Below, in pieces: positions 13,800 to 27,937 of a stretch of DNA of 64,000 nt. Within the stretch, counting starts at the first letter, position 1, and every line of letters starts with the position of its first letter. Made by a program: the position numbers and the translations under genes. Location: the NCBI GenBank assembly GCA_951406725.2, contig OX597818.1, positions 32,116,001 through 32,180,000 on the forward strand, written 5' to 3'. This DNA comes from Octopus vulgaris. Lineage: Eukaryota. Under the pieces are notes generated by a model. The model made no database searches and was not told where the DNA came from. It was given only the letters and a program-made list of their open reading frames with translations.

Positions 13800-14025
13800 A
13801 GCAAAGAAGGAGCCAGCGGTTTGGTATTTTGGAGAAGAATAATTCGATGAATGATTAGCGAAGGGCTAGGATGAGTGCTTCAACATGAATGGTGATGAGA
13901 AGCGGAAAAGTGAGTCACTAGGATGAGTTTGAGTGGAGATAGTACGAGATGAGCCAGATCCGAGATGTAGCAGCCAATATCATAGCGGCAGGTTAAGTGG
14001 AGTGAAGAGACTCTGAGTTAATGGA

Positions 14026-14075
<50 letters not shown>

Positions 14076-14600
14076 GTCTTTCTTTCTTTCTGTGTTTCTT
14101 TCTTTCTTTCTTTTCGTTTCTATTTTTATGGTGGGGAACACTACAAAACATGTCTCTGTGTTTTGTAACTGCCCCCAAATGTTAGAGCAACTACGTGTCA
14201 CACTTGAACTTTATAGAGCGTTAGTACTTGTTTGAAGCTGAAGTACTTCTGATTCTGAAGAGTAAGCTCAGTCTTCGATATGTTCAGGATATGAGACTGT
14301 TTGGAATGATCCTCGCTGATGATGAACCGTTATGGAAACTTTGGGGTTCGTGATTGGATTTTGTGACAGTGCTGTGGACGAATGTTTCCTTGATATGTGC
14401 AATGATTATTTATTTGGGATTTTGAGAGAAGCAATATTAGAATTCTTCTCATGGGAGAATATCTCTGCGGTCCCTTTCAGGGAAGCAATGCAAGATTGGT
14501 GTTATGTGTCTAATTTGCAAATGGATGACGTTCGGATTTAGAAGGTTAGGGCGGAGTGAAGCGGGACACCATGTCCATACGAGTTGGTGTGGAAGTGAAA
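13800..14600 (-). pseudogene. decayed CR1/Jockey-group LINE ORF2 C-terminal part
   Basis: Minus-strand peptides IISEDHSKQSHILNISKT, QKYFSFKQVLTLYKVQV, CSNIWG, DLAHLVLSPLK; interrupted by (TTTC)n. Confidence 0.6.
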
Positions 14601-14829
14601 CGGTTTCGGTTAGAACTGAAACCATCTTCCAGCCTCTGCTCGTGAACTTCTCTCGAATCTATTGCAATCACCATATGATAATTTGGATTTCTAACATCGG
14701 TGTGTGGATATTAATTTCCAGAGTGATTTAATCGACAATTTCCCCTCTCCTACAGTATGTGACTTTATACCAAAGGCAAATAATTCGATGGAAACGGAAG
14801 TTTTGGAAGTCTCGAAATATTTCTTGCTG

Positions 14830-14990
14830 TTTTCCTGGAAGATATTGAAAATTACTAATGAGCATGTGACAGTGACAATCTCTAGCTGTTATCCTAAGGA
14901 CATGGAAAATAAAGGAGTGGCGAAAAGAATGGACCCAATCTTTGATTATACTTCTTCCCCAAATGGGAACTTAAGACTGCCAGAATTAAG
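14830..14990 (+). pseudogene. RTE-clade RT fragment
   Basis: WKIKEWRKEWTQSLIILLP / GNLR / CQN. Confidence 0.65.
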
Positions 14991-14999
14991 ATGTCTTTT

Positions 15000-17430
15000 G
15001 ATGAAAGGTCATCATCAAGTTTTGTGTCCAATCTTTTGGCCATTGCTTTGTTTTCCATAGCTTTTAGTTTCAATGTTGCTGTTCAAGGGATAGATGCCGC
15101 TCGAATTTTTGTAAATAACTTAGATGAAGTTGCTGTCAAAATTGAAATCCCGCATGACTTGCCAAAAACTCCCATCTCAATTACTGAGGAAAGTTTTTTT
15201 GAAATCAGTGCTGTTTTGGTAAAAGTTGCATTGTTGCATTGGTGTCCAAGATGTTTCTTGATCAGCAATTTGATGTCAAATATTTCCTCTTTTATTTCAA
15301 TCTTGCCCGTTCTTCTGTTAGCACTTCTGTCTTCCACTTAAGTCTGTTTAGGAGAACAGTCAACAGTACTTTACTGAAATGGCCGATCTAACTGGTGATT
15401 TTGTAATTCTGGCAATCTCAAGTTACCTTTTGTGGAGAAAGTGTATGACCAAGGATTGGGACTATAATTTGGCCACTGCTTGAATTTAAATATCCTTGGA
15501 AAACACCAGTCTTTGTCTTAATGCGTTCGACCTCTCTTTCGTTCCAGAAACTCTGTTATATTACAAACACCCGGTGATTCTACTTTTCTGAGCTTGCACA
15601 CCGCCTTTTCGCCTAACTTCTTGTCCGTTGGAGTATCCTCAAGTTCTCTCTTTGTTAGAGGTGACATTTTCCAAGATGCTGATATCTTGATTAAATAGCG
15701 TTCCTTGAAATAATCAGATCATTCTCTGACGACAGATGTCTTGCCTGCGAGGGAGTCTTTTGATCCTCAACGACAGCAGCGGTAGATGGCTTCAGTTTTG
15801 TTCGAATTTCAAGCATCTACAAAAAAGCTTTACTATTGCTATCTTTTATCCTAACTCAAATTTATTACACTAGTTTGTTATTCATTATTCCTTTGATTCT
15901 TTAATTTTCTTTTTCATCTTCTTATTCACCGTGCCATATTGCTGAGTTGCTTTTGGATCTGTTACTTTGATCTTCTTCGGGTCACACCGTGTATCACATA
16001 GGTGCAGAATGTTTCGGGTTTAGTTTGTGTTTTTTCCCCTCTTTTAAGCACCTCTAAAGTCGTTTCACCGCTTAATTCCTTTATATCTACAGTCAGAAAG
16101 TTGATACCTTTTAGTGAGTTAAAGACTGCAGAAATGACTACAATACCTGCTATAACTTCTCGATCCCTTTCAAATCGTATACGTTAGGTTTTTCTTTGCT
16201 TTTATATTTATTTCAGCTAGGAATTTAGTGTCATCAATTCCGTGATCTTTTGCGACATGCATACCATTAAAGGTTTTGGTATTGGTCTTATAAATATATT
16301 TAAGGTGTGAAAGGCGGCGAGATGGTAGAATCGTTAAACATGTCGGGCGAAATGCTTAGCGGTATTTCGACCATTTTACATTCCACCGAAATCGATTTTA
16401 CTTTTCACCATTTCGGGTCGATAAAATAAGCAACAGTCGAACGCTGGGGTTGATGTAATCGACTTAATCCTTCCCCCGAAATTGCTGGCTTTGTGCCAAA
16501 ATTTGAGACCAATGTATTTAAGGTAAGACAACAAAGTCGATCTAGTTTTGACTCTCACTATTAGGTGCGTGAAATGTTCCCTGGACAGATTTTGTGTTGG
16601 AACATCAGACTGGCTAAGATATACTGCTGGCAAGTTTTAAAATCCCTGCCTACACTTATTTGTTTCTGCAATTCTAAAACGTCTCACTGTTCCTGCCCTA
16701 TGGACATAAGCGTACAAGGTCTAGTTCAGTTTTCGAGAGTTACTTTTGGATCTGAATTGAGTGCTTTTCTCTTAATCGTCATAAAATTGTTCAGTTGCTT
16801 TGACGTCATATTAAAGTGTTGCGGCATAGATTTAAATGATGAGATGCTCTGCGATTTTGAGGAAACACATACGACAAAAACTTAAAGCTTTATCTGACGA
16901 ATCCTACATCAAGTTGGCGTCTGACATCGTCACCGCTGCAGCAAAATTTGAAGTTGCCTCCCGTAGATGACTAGATGTTTTCACATCCAGTTAATCTCAT
17001 TTCATCCAGCCCTGAAATGTCTCCATGTGTATTTGGCTATTTCAAGAGTAAGTTGTTTCATCCTTCCACATGAATTACTGGGACGGACATCCTTATGTAT
17101 TCTCTGGTGAGATTGCTACTTGTCTATATCAATGGTTTTGTAGTTAGTCCTCCAGCCGTCGAGGGATCGCTTACACTCTAGCTACTAACAGTAGAGGGTG
17201 ATGTCGTTGTTGCCCTCAGCCTCGACAGATTCGGCATATCATTATTTGACTGTATATATAACATGGTCTTTCAGTGGGCAGCGGAGAATGATTGAGGGCA
17301 CATAACTTCTCTAAATGTCCTTGTTTCTCATTAAGCTTGATTTGTTAGAGGAAGCAGTTATGGTGAAAGTCAGTGTAACCGTCCACCCCAAATGACTGCT
17401 GCTCCGACATCAAGGTATTCTAACTCAGAA
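15000..17430 (-). mobile_element. decayed RTE-clade LINE (5' region, APE endonuclease, N-terminal RT)
   Basis: Minus-strand peptides DISGLDEMRLTG, IYAAT..EQFYDD, HAPNSESQN*IDFVVLP, ESPGVCNITEFL, CQNYKITS*IGHFSKVLLTVLLNRLK; interrupted by SINE-B at 16307-16510. Confidence 0.8.
16307..16510 (+). mobile_element. SINE-B with ~14 bp TSD
   Basis: TSD aat(a/g)tatttaaggt at 16293-16306 and 16511-16524. Confidence 0.85.
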
Positions 17431-17866
17431 CTCCGCATACATAAATACATACACACATGCATACACATATGCAATCATACATGCATAAATGCATATATGA
17501 ATACACACATTATATAGTTCAAATCATATCAACTTTCAGCGCGGGCACAAACACGCACAAACACACACATGCATACACGCACAGGTACACATACACACAG
17601 AATTTCTCCCCATTCTCTCTCTTACTCCTCTCTTTCTCCCTCCTTTCTCTCTCCCAACTCATCTCTCCCTCGTCTCTCTCCCTTTTTCCCCTTCTCTCCT
17701 TTTCTCGTACTCACACAATTATATATCCACACACACGGACAAACACATAAACACACAAACATACGCATGCAACTTGTATGCGTGTGCTTAAATATATAAA
17801 CGTATATAAATATATATGAATAACTGTGTATGTATGTGTATATATATATAAACACATACACAGTTA

Positions 17867-17931
<65 letters not shown>

Positions 17932-18154
17932 CATGTATTAGTGTGTGTACATCGGCATTTATACACAAATTAGTTTGTACACATATTCACACGCACAATC
18001 GCACACACACACACGTTCACACACACACGCGTATTTGCATGTGTGAATTTAGACACACGCACTTACATGCAAACAACTAAATGTATACGAATACATACAG
18101 ATCTATATGCACACACATAGATACATAGATACATACATACATACATATGTACAC

Positions 18155-18230
<76 letters not shown>

Positions 18231-18830
18231 ATGTGTGTGTGTGTGTGTACGTGCATATGTGAATGTATGTGTGTGTGCGTGTGCGTGTGTGCAGGTATAA
18301 AGAGAGAAAGGGAAAAGAGGGAGGTTAAAATAAACAAACAAAAGGCTAAGCCAACGGACAATTTTCTTTATGAAATCAATATTCCATCGTGTGACCTTTA
18401 AACATACTTTAATTAACAGGGTCAAATCGAAGATCAAAGCTTAATAATTTTCCGAAATAGCGTTTATTTTTCGGAACTGGGATAGGGCAAATTTCTTTTG
18501 TAGGTAGGGTGGGTATCTATTTCAAGATATGTGTGAATATACGTGATATTATCAGAGAAAACTTAAAAGCAAATAGAGAATGAGATTTTTGAAGCGGAGT
18601 ACAAGTTGGTCGTTTGACATTTCTAATTTTTGAAGTTTAATTGAAACTCCTGTTCTTTAGACACACACATATCGAGCGCACGCACACACACGCACACATA
18701 TATGCACACACATATTTACATACGTAGACACACATGTATGTTTATAAATAATATATATATATATACATATATATATGTACATCTATATCTTCATGTCTAT
18801 CTATATATTCCTCTCTCTCTTTCTCTCTCC

Positions 18831-18944
<114 letters not shown>

Positions 18945-19114
18945 CTATATATGCCTATAGAAAGATAGACATAAATATAGATATAATACAAGCATATACG
19001 TGTGTATGTGTGTATACACCCATGCACACACAAATATAAACATATGTTCATATGCATATACATATATACATATACATACGTACATACACAGAAACGTAAG
19101 CACCTTTTTATACG

Positions 19115-19149
<35 letters not shown>

Positions 19150-19882
19150 TAAACATACATACGTCCATACATACATATATACAAACATATATATATGTGT
19201 ATATTATGTACGTATGAATTCATATAAACACACGTATTTGAAATACCATAAATGTATGTATTTGTAAATGTATAAAACTTTGTTTGAACTCGTATAGTTT
19301 TCCTTTTTATGCAAACAGCTATCCTCAGAGATACTTATTCAAATATTGGTATGCGCACATCTTTAGAGAGAGGCGCTTCTATGTACATCTTACTTATCTT
19401 GTCCTTCTTCTCCTCTAACTTCCACTCTTTTTCTCCTTTCCTTCTGTCTTCTCAATATTAGCGTGTGTATGTGCGCGTGTGCGTGGAGAGTCTTGCGTGC
19501 ATATATATCATTAATTAGGTTTCTAATTAATTAATTATTTACATAAAGTTTCAAGTTCTTTCTCAGTGAATATTAGTAGTTGATTTCAGTAATTAGTTTT
19601 AAAAACACTAGCCTTACGTCATGTATATATATGTTTGTATATGTATATATATTATGAATATATATATATATATGTGTATATATATGTGTATATATATATG
19701 TATATATATATATATATGTATGTGCATATATATAGATATATATGTATATGTATATGAATATGTATATATATGCATATATTTATCATATGTACACACATAC
19801 ACAGACACATACATACATACATACATACATACATACATACATACATACATACATACATACATACATACATACATGTATGTAT

Positions 19883-20000
19883 GCATGTATCATATCATGT
19901 TGAGATCATCAGTTCTCGTCCGAGCGCCGCAGTTGAGTAACGTCGAACATAGATTGAACTTAGGTGAGTGACCGTTTGGGAAACCTAAATCCATTAAGCA
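19883..20000 (+). pseudogene. 5S rRNA pseudogene or 5S-derived SINE head
   Basis: catatcatgttgagatcatcagttctcgtccgagcgccgcagttgagtaacgtcga...acttaggtgagtgaccgtttgggaa is collinear with metazoan 5S rRNA (GTTCTCGTCCGA, AGTTAAGCAACGTCG, GTGACCGCCTGGGAA) but heavily substituted. Confidence 0.8.
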
Positions 20001-21282
20001 AAACTTTTAGTTCTTACTGGCTGCGTCCATTCCTTACACAGCTACTTCCTTGATCTACCAACACCACAGGTAGGTACCATTGAAATAGTTCCATCAGTCC
20101 CAAACAGTGCAACTTGCCCAAGATTCTATAAAGCACCCCCAACACATAAGAAAAACGTAAGTAAAACAGGTTTGTGTCATTGGTTGTTTACTCACATTAA
20201 GAGAAATAGAAAAAGTGATTTTAATCGTGTGCCTATTAAATAACTTACTATACCTATAGTTGTTAGGGAAGTAAATATCTAATAAGTGTAAGAATCTTCT
20301 ACCTATATTTGTCTAAACATCTGGGGAGAAATGCGGGTGAACCATAAAATTTTTGGGGACTTATTCTTACGACTAAATGGCTGAGGAGGTGAGGGGGTTA
20401 TAAAGATTTAATCTGTAAACCACTATCATGTAGTCTTCTCATGTGGGGAGGCCTTTTTAGATATTTCTCTAGATATTTCTCATCATCCGACTCAAGGTGC
20501 CATGCAGCGGGATTGAACCCGGAAGCATGTGGTTGGGAACCAAGCTCCTTACCACACACCCACTCCTGCGCCTCACTCTCTCTCTCTTTATATATATATA
20601 TAATATTTGTATCAACACACACATATATGTGTGTGTGGATGTGTATATAATATTTGTATATATATATTTTTATATGTAAGTATATATATATGTGTGTGTG
20701 TGTGTATATATTTATATATATATCTATACTCACACACGGAGTTTTTTTTTATCCATCTACATCTTTTATATCTTTCTTCACCTTCTCTCTTTCTCTCCTT
20801 CTCCCTCCCTCCCCCCTCTCTCTCCCCTTCTCTCTATTTCCTTTCTCACCTTCTATATATGTGCGTGTGCATAGAAATACTACACAATTTCTGCGTATCG
20901 GAATTGCAAGAAACCATTGCGCGGCAACATCTTTTTACCAACTGTTGGAAGCCAAAGAAATGTGTGGATTCTCCTCCTCCACCGCCACTGAATGACAGGA
21001 TTTCATTCTTTGTTGGTTTCTTTAATTTCCTTCACTTGGTTTCTTGTATACGCTCTTTCTTCGTTCAACAAGGCTTTCATATCTTCTCTTCGTTTTTGTC
21101 GTCTTCCTTTGTTTTTCTTGTTGCACCTGTTAATTCAGATTTCTCTGGAGCATTTCTTGCTTTTCCATAGTTTTTTTGTTTTGCAGCCTTATCCTTATCC
21201 AGTAACATTAATTTCCTCCTCCTCCCCTCCTCCTCCTCCTCCTCCTCCTACTACTACTACTACTACCACCACCACCACCACC

Positions 21283-21350
<68 letters not shown>

Positions 21351-22449
21351 CAAGGAAAATAAGTAAAAAAACAAGTAGCAGTTGCAGTAGAAGCAGCAGT
21401 AGTAGTAGTAACAGCAGTAGTAGTAGTAGTAAACAATAGTAGCAGCAACGGTATTTTCATCATCATCATCATCTTCATCATCATAACCAGCAGCAGCAGC
21501 ACCAGTAATCCTGTAGATTTAGTAGTAGTAGTAGTAGTAGTAGCAGCAGCAGTAATCGTAGTAGTAGTAGTAGTCTAGATTTCGGTAGTGGCTTCAGCAG
21601 AAGCGGGCGAGATGTACTCGGCCAGAATTGACCAAGTACACATCGCTTGGTGTTCCTTGCGCTTAACTGTCGTAGAATATCGTCTTCATCGCAACAAAGT
21701 CTTTCACGAATTGAAAAACCAATTGATCCTGCAACCATTACTGTACTGTGGCAGGTATGCGCATGTTGCAGTAATTGCGAACATCCAGGTGTTTTCTTTT
21801 TATCTTTGCATTTTTGTTTTGTTGTGTAGGTAGTCGTTTGATGTGGTCTGTATACAAACTCTTGTGCGCTGTTTTGTCTTCCGTGTAATTTACTGTGGTT
21901 ATTGTGAATTGACTGGGAGCTCTGGTAGAACTGAGATAATACACGGCAGATCTAATATATTATTGCGTTTTAAGATATTGTATTCGCTAAATATGATATC
22001 TGTGTTTACTTTATGTATGTTTGTGCATTGTTTTACTTTACTATATCGTCTGCGTGTGTTGTGAATTTGTAATTCTGCATGTAACTCCTTATCACCTAGT
22101 CTTCTGTGGAGGCTGTATGTTTACATTAAAGGCGAGGAAAGAGACGGTGTATTTAGGAGGCTTTACTTTGAGTTCGATGCTGTGGAACCAGGTTTCTAAG
22201 AGATTTTAAATATGTTTGAAGTCACTGGGTGGAAATTTCTGGAGAATATATTTGGAGAATGTTACTGTTATGTGAATGTTATAGTATATACATATCAGAC
22301 TGAATGTAAGTTTTGAGTATTACCATGATGTAGTACCAAGGTTTGTTTGTCTTTACCCCGGGTGTTTTTTCCCCACACCCTCTCTCAAAAGACTCCGAGA
22401 AAAAAGCAAAAGAAAAAAACATACAAAATAACAAAAACAAAAGCAACAG

Positions 22450-23320
22450 AAATTCTTTATTCCTCCTTTGACCACATGCAACAAACTCATGATGAATGAT
22501 AGCCTGCTAATCAATAATAACAACCAATACTACCTTTACATTTGAAGTCCAATGAGGTAAGTTTTCCGGTTGCGGCGACAATTGCCTTTTTATTTCGACG
22601 TGCTTGACGTATACCCACGTTTCATCACTTACTAGCAGTATCGTCCGGCATTGCTCGGGTTTGTTTCGACCCTTTAGAATTGGAATTTTTGAAAAGTAAA
22701 AATTTTGCATTATGTAGCTTGTTATTCTCTTTAAGAGAACATTTTTCTGGTTTAAATACACCGAAAAATAGCGACACAGCAGTCAAAAAATCGTAAAAGA
22801 TAGGGATATTCATAGAAAAAGAGCACCCTTTTGAGGTAAATAATTTTTGGTTCGATTTGAATTTTTTCTTCTACGGAAGGAAGAGCAAGCCTTCTTCTAT
22901 CATACTTTCAAATTTGGTCAACTTGCGCCACAGGGTCTCGGAGGAGATAGTGTTAGTTAAAGACTACCAAACCTGCCATATACAGACAACTTCAGCTTTA
23001 TATATAGAGAGAGAGATTACGACCCTTTTCAGAAAATGTTCTTCAATATTCGAATGCTCTAACAACTCGTGTTTGTGTCTCGGTTCTCTTTTTGTTTATT
23101 AACTACCAGACACGGAACAAATTTTACGATAAGATACGTCTTCAATTTTCTTTTAAAATTACGCAGTACGAAGTTCTACAAATGTTTACTCTTTCAGTTA
23201 AAGTCAGACGATTTTCACGGATCAAAGCAAGTACTTTTGCAAATCTGTTTGTCGTCTGTTGTTGGGGAAATTCGTCTCGATTGAGGATCATCTTCGGTAG
23301 ATGTTCTTGCAAATGTGAAA
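22450..23320 (-). pseudogene. decayed mariner transposase interrupted by a Helitron
   Basis: EDDP, LIRENR, KFVP, FLKRVVI|SDETWVY, SNVKVVLVVIID, IIHHEFV. Confidence 0.85.
22632..23016 (-). mobile_element. non-autonomous Helitron (same family as 13189-13583)
   Basis: A|TC...CTAG|T, hairpin present, no TSD. Confidence 0.9.
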
Positions 23321-23349
23321 CGTTGATACCACTCATGCTATTCTTTCAT

Positions 23350-23700
23350 TCTTTTATTTGTTTCAGTCATTTGACTGTGGCACCGCCTTTAGTTGAGCAA
23401 ATCAATCCCAGGACTTATTCTTTGTAAGCCTAGTTCTTATTCTATCGGTCTCTCCGAACTGCTACGTTACAGGGACATAAACACACCAGCATCTATCGTC
23501 AAGCGATGTTGGGTCGACAAACATAGACACACAAACACACACACACACACACACACACACATAAACGACTGGCTTCTTTTAGATTCCGTCTACCAAATCC
23601 ACACACAAGGTTTTGGTCGGCCCGAGGCTATAATAGATGACACTCGCCAAAGGTGCCACGCAGTGGGACTGAACCCAGTACCATGTGGCTGGTAAGCAAG
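23350..23700 (-). mobile_element. SINE-A
   Basis: Homology to 268-686. Confidence 0.85.
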
Positions 23701-24294
23701 CACATTGTGTATAGCACAAAAATATTCCCCGCAGGTTTGCTACAACATTAAATTAATCTCTGTAAAAGTTTTCTTTTCCCAAATTTGAAATTTCATACAA
23801 ACACTTGTCCTTCCAAGTACTACATCGTTCAACCTACTACAATTCCCCAAATGCACTAAACATACGTCGTCTCTAGTAGGACATGTTGTGATGTTAGTTT
23901 TATTAGGGTGATCACAGTCACTCATAAACAACATTGCAGTTACACCAGTTGGTTGGCGTACTGTTTTAGGAGACCAAGCATTTTTTGGACAGACTCTGGA
24001 TTTGGGATTCTTATTAAATTGTGTTGGTGTCATGTGACCGTTGTGATTGTTCTTGATTACGCTAATTACTCTATATAATGTTGTTTGTTTTGTGGTTTAT
24101 ATTTGATACAAATGTTTTTCAGTTTGAATGAAAATATTTTTGTAAGGTTTAAGTATTTCGTTTATTGAGGGATAAGTGGGTTTTGGTGTATTATGTTTGA
24201 GTTTTATTTCGGTTGAGTTGGTTTTGATATTTTGCGTTTGAGGCCGTTATTGCTGTAACTGATACGGGTTGTATTGGTGTCTTTAGCACGGATT

Positions 24295-24345
24295 TTTGTC
24301 AGTGAACAGGTCGCGGTCTTAAAGGGACGAAAATATTTTGACAAA
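24295..24345 (+). ncRNA. minimal type-I hammerhead-like motif with G3-C8 core
   Basis: tttgtca GTGAACA g gtcgc-loop-gggac GAAA atatt t tgacaaa; perfect 7-bp stem I; partial second copy at 42240-42345 (minus). Confidence 0.6.
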
Positions 24346-26227
24346 TTAAACTTAAATGTTGAAGTGAATCGAACGGCTTTTGTGTGTTTCTTAAATGGCT
24401 TACAAACTCCTTCCACGCTGCAATTGTTTTCGTTTCAGCACACCATCTCAGATCAAATCACTTGCTATGCAAGTACATCTCCGTAATCTTTATTATTATT
24501 GTTGTTGTTCATGGTAATGTTTATTGTTTTGTTGTCTTTTATATTTTCTACATCCATTCCTGTTCAGTCTGTCGATGGCATGACTTCATTTAGGAACCTC
24601 TAAAGTTCAAAACAGCCTTATAGTAAAACACTTTAACGAGAGGTAAACATTTAAATCAGGAATGGCTGAATATAGTCGAAAAGAAATCGTGTATCGTTAT
24701 GAAATCAAAATATTGCTAATTGCTGTATTCGGCTGTTATTTCTAGCAGACAGTTACAACGCAGAGGCTACCCTATTGGTTCATAACAACATTTTTTTTTG
24801 TTGTTGTTGCTATTTTTGTCATTCTGATAGTGTCACTACCTGTTGCGTTTAACAGTTACTATTAATACTAACAAATAAATAATATAGGAAACCTTACACT
24901 TGTATTACTAATATTATATCGATTATATCACACACTGCGTTTATAACTTATAGTATAAATTAACATGACACGAAAGTGCCAATTCCACCAGTTATAGATT
25001 TTTCGTCTTACATTGTAACAACCAGACAGTTTCCCAGACGATTTTTGCCAATAATCCACTGACATCACGCTTACCATTTATCACAGCTCCTCTCACTAAA
25101 TATTGATATATTCCGATACACTTACAACTACTATTATTATTATTATTATGCGAACGAGAGCAGAAGAATATTCGGTGAGTGCAATATGAAACATGGCGTC
25201 TATATATATATGCCATCAATCATTCTTTCTTTCCGAGTTATTTGCTTGTCAATTACATTCAGATATCACATTGATTACATATTGCCATGATAAATAGCAT
25301 TTGACATTTTATATTATCAGTAAAATGAAATACCCGCCCTAAAATTATAGTCTACCGTGATCTTATCTCCGAAAGATTGAAAAATAAGCTGATCTATGAA
25401 TTTAGAGGTTAGGTCTTCAACGTTATTTCAAGCAAGGTTTGGCAAAATAAATAGGAGGCAATTAGATACGCCCATGTCAGAAAATAATGTCAAAATTCCC
25501 GATTTTCCACATGGTTGCTTGTCTTACTGTGTACAATTGCAAACGTTGAATTCTATATAACTAATACCAACGCTGACAGACTTGTGCATTAGTCAGTGTA
25601 AAGCTGGAAAACAAATCGGTATAATTATATGGAGCATTTGTTTGTTTGTTTGTTTGTTTGTTTGTAGGGTGGTTTATTTATTTATTTATTTATTTATTTA
25701 TCTATTTATTTATTACCTGTTGGATTCAGCATACTGCAGTGTCATTGAACTGGAGTGGAAGAACGCCTGATCAACAATTACATCTACGCATGCATCAACA
25801 CACCCATCGCCAACCCTGCAAATGTACCACCAACATCACGACGACGATGACGATCACCACCACGACGACGATGACGATCACCACCACCACCACCGCAACC
25901 ACCACCACCGCAACCACCACCACCGCAACCACCACCACCACTACGGCTACCAACACTACTGCTGTTATTACAACAACTACTATTACTACCACTACAAATT
26001 GCAATAATAATAAGTTTGGGACGAGTGCAGCAATTTTGAGAGGAGAGGAGTTTGTCGATAACATCCAACCCTAGAACTTGAATGTTTTTTTTTAGTTTAT
26101 CGAGGTAAGAAGGGTGTAAGGTAAAGTCGATTTCTGTGGCATTTGAACTTAGAACGTAAAACGCCGAGAGAAATGCTACGAAGCGCTAAGGACTTTGGCA
26201 GTTCATTGCTTTCAAAAATTATAATAA

Positions 26228-26440
26228 TGGCTTTAAATTTTGCCACAAGAGCAGCCACTTTTTTGGGGGGTGGGGGGAGATAGTCGATTACATCGACCCC
26301 AGTTTTTCGATGGTACTTAATTCATCGACCTCGAAAGGATGAAAGGCAAAATCGACCTCGGCGGAATTTGAACTCAGAACGTAAAGACGGACGAAATGCC
26401 GCTGTGCATTTTGCGCAGCGTGATAACAATTCTGCCAACG
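26228..26440 (-). mobile_element. SINE-B (an older copy lies adjacent at ~26020-26210)
   Basis: Reverse complement of the SINE-B domain. Confidence 0.8.
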
Positions 26441-26451
26441 TAATAATGATG

Positions 26452-26498
<47 letters not shown>

Positions 26499-26767
26499 TG
26501 CTGCAGTTGCCACAAGAGCCGAACACAAACCAAAGGGGGACAACAAAGAACAAGTGGGGATTACTACAAAAAAATCTGTGTATCAAAAATAAAATAAGAA
26601 CAATAAGAACACCCAAGGACAACCACACATCCAACTTCTAAGGAACCTAAGTAGGTGCCTCTCTCCTTCTCAACTTCTCCGGCCTACAAGCGTATGTTCA
26701 GGACCAAAACAGTAACTATATAGCGATAGAGATCATTTTCTATATATGTGCATACAAAGACAAATAA

Positions 26768-26810
<43 letters not shown>

Positions 26811-26833
26811 GTGTTGTGTTGTGTTGTGTTGTG

Positions 26834-26869
<36 letters not shown>

Positions 26870-26904
26870 TACTGTGTGTGTATGTGTGTAGGTTAGTGTT
26901 TATG

Positions 26905-27125
26905 GTGTTACATTCATGGCTGTAAGATTTGGGTTTCGAATCCTGGATCGGGTGACGCATTAAGCCCAAAACGTTCATTCCACGTTGCTCGAGTCCACTT
27001 AGATGGCAAAAATAAGTTATCCTGCAACGGACCGGCGCCCCGTACAGGGCGACGTGTATGATATTTACAGAATCCGGGAAACGAGGCTTTATGAACCTCT
27101 GGCGTTCGAGAAGGGACTTTCATCC
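26905..27125 (+). mobile_element. decayed SINE-D
   Basis: Homology to the reverse complement of 50190-50437. Confidence 0.65.
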
Positions 27126-27414
27126 TTTTGATACATATTGATATATATTTTTATACAGACAGATATAATCCGGTATATTTAGATTATTACCAAATATTAC
27201 TGAATGATTTTTGTTTATTTGTTTAAGTTTTCTGATGGGTGGTTATCTTGCACACGAGTAACTGTATAACACACAGACGCTTACTCCACTACTTGGTGTA
27301 GATCTATGGTTCTCAACCATTTTAAACTTATGGCCCACTGTGATACCCCTTTTACTTGACAACACCCTCACATCCATTAAATGTTTAAGAAAATGGTATT
27401 ATCCTTTTTGACAG

Positions 27415-27632
27415 TAAGGCAGCGAGCTGGCAGAATCGTTAGCGCGCTGGACGAAATGCTTAGCTGCATATCGCCCGTTGCTACGTTTTGGGTTCAAATT
27501 CCGCCGAGGTCGACTTTACCTTTCAACCTTTAGGGGTCGATAAATTAAGTACCAGTAGAAGACTGGGATCAATGTAGTCGTCTCGTCCCCTCCGTGCAAA
27601 TTGCTACTCACGTTGGCAAAATTTGAAACCGT
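27415..27632 (+). mobile_element. SINE-B
   Basis: aaggcagcgagctggcagaatcgttagc head plus domain. Confidence 0.85.
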
Positions 27633-27682
27633 TATTATATAGTTAGGAATTATGAAAAATTGTTTAAATATGTTGTGTATTA

Positions 27683-27887
27683 CTCTTTTACTTGTTTCAG
27701 TCATTTGACTGTGGCCATGCTGGAGCAACGCCTTTAGTCGAGCAAATCGACCCCTGGACTTATTCTTTGTAAGTCTAGTACTTATTTTATCGGTCTCTTT
27801 CTCCGAACCGCTAAGTTACAGGGACGTAAACACACCAGCATCGGTTGTCAAGAGATGCTGGGGGGAAATACAGACACACAAGCGTAT

Positions 27888-27937
<50 letters not shown>

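Noticed and set aside
27305-27330. hAT-like terminus (also gaagaaccactg at ~59600)
   Set aside because: No partner TIR or TSD found.
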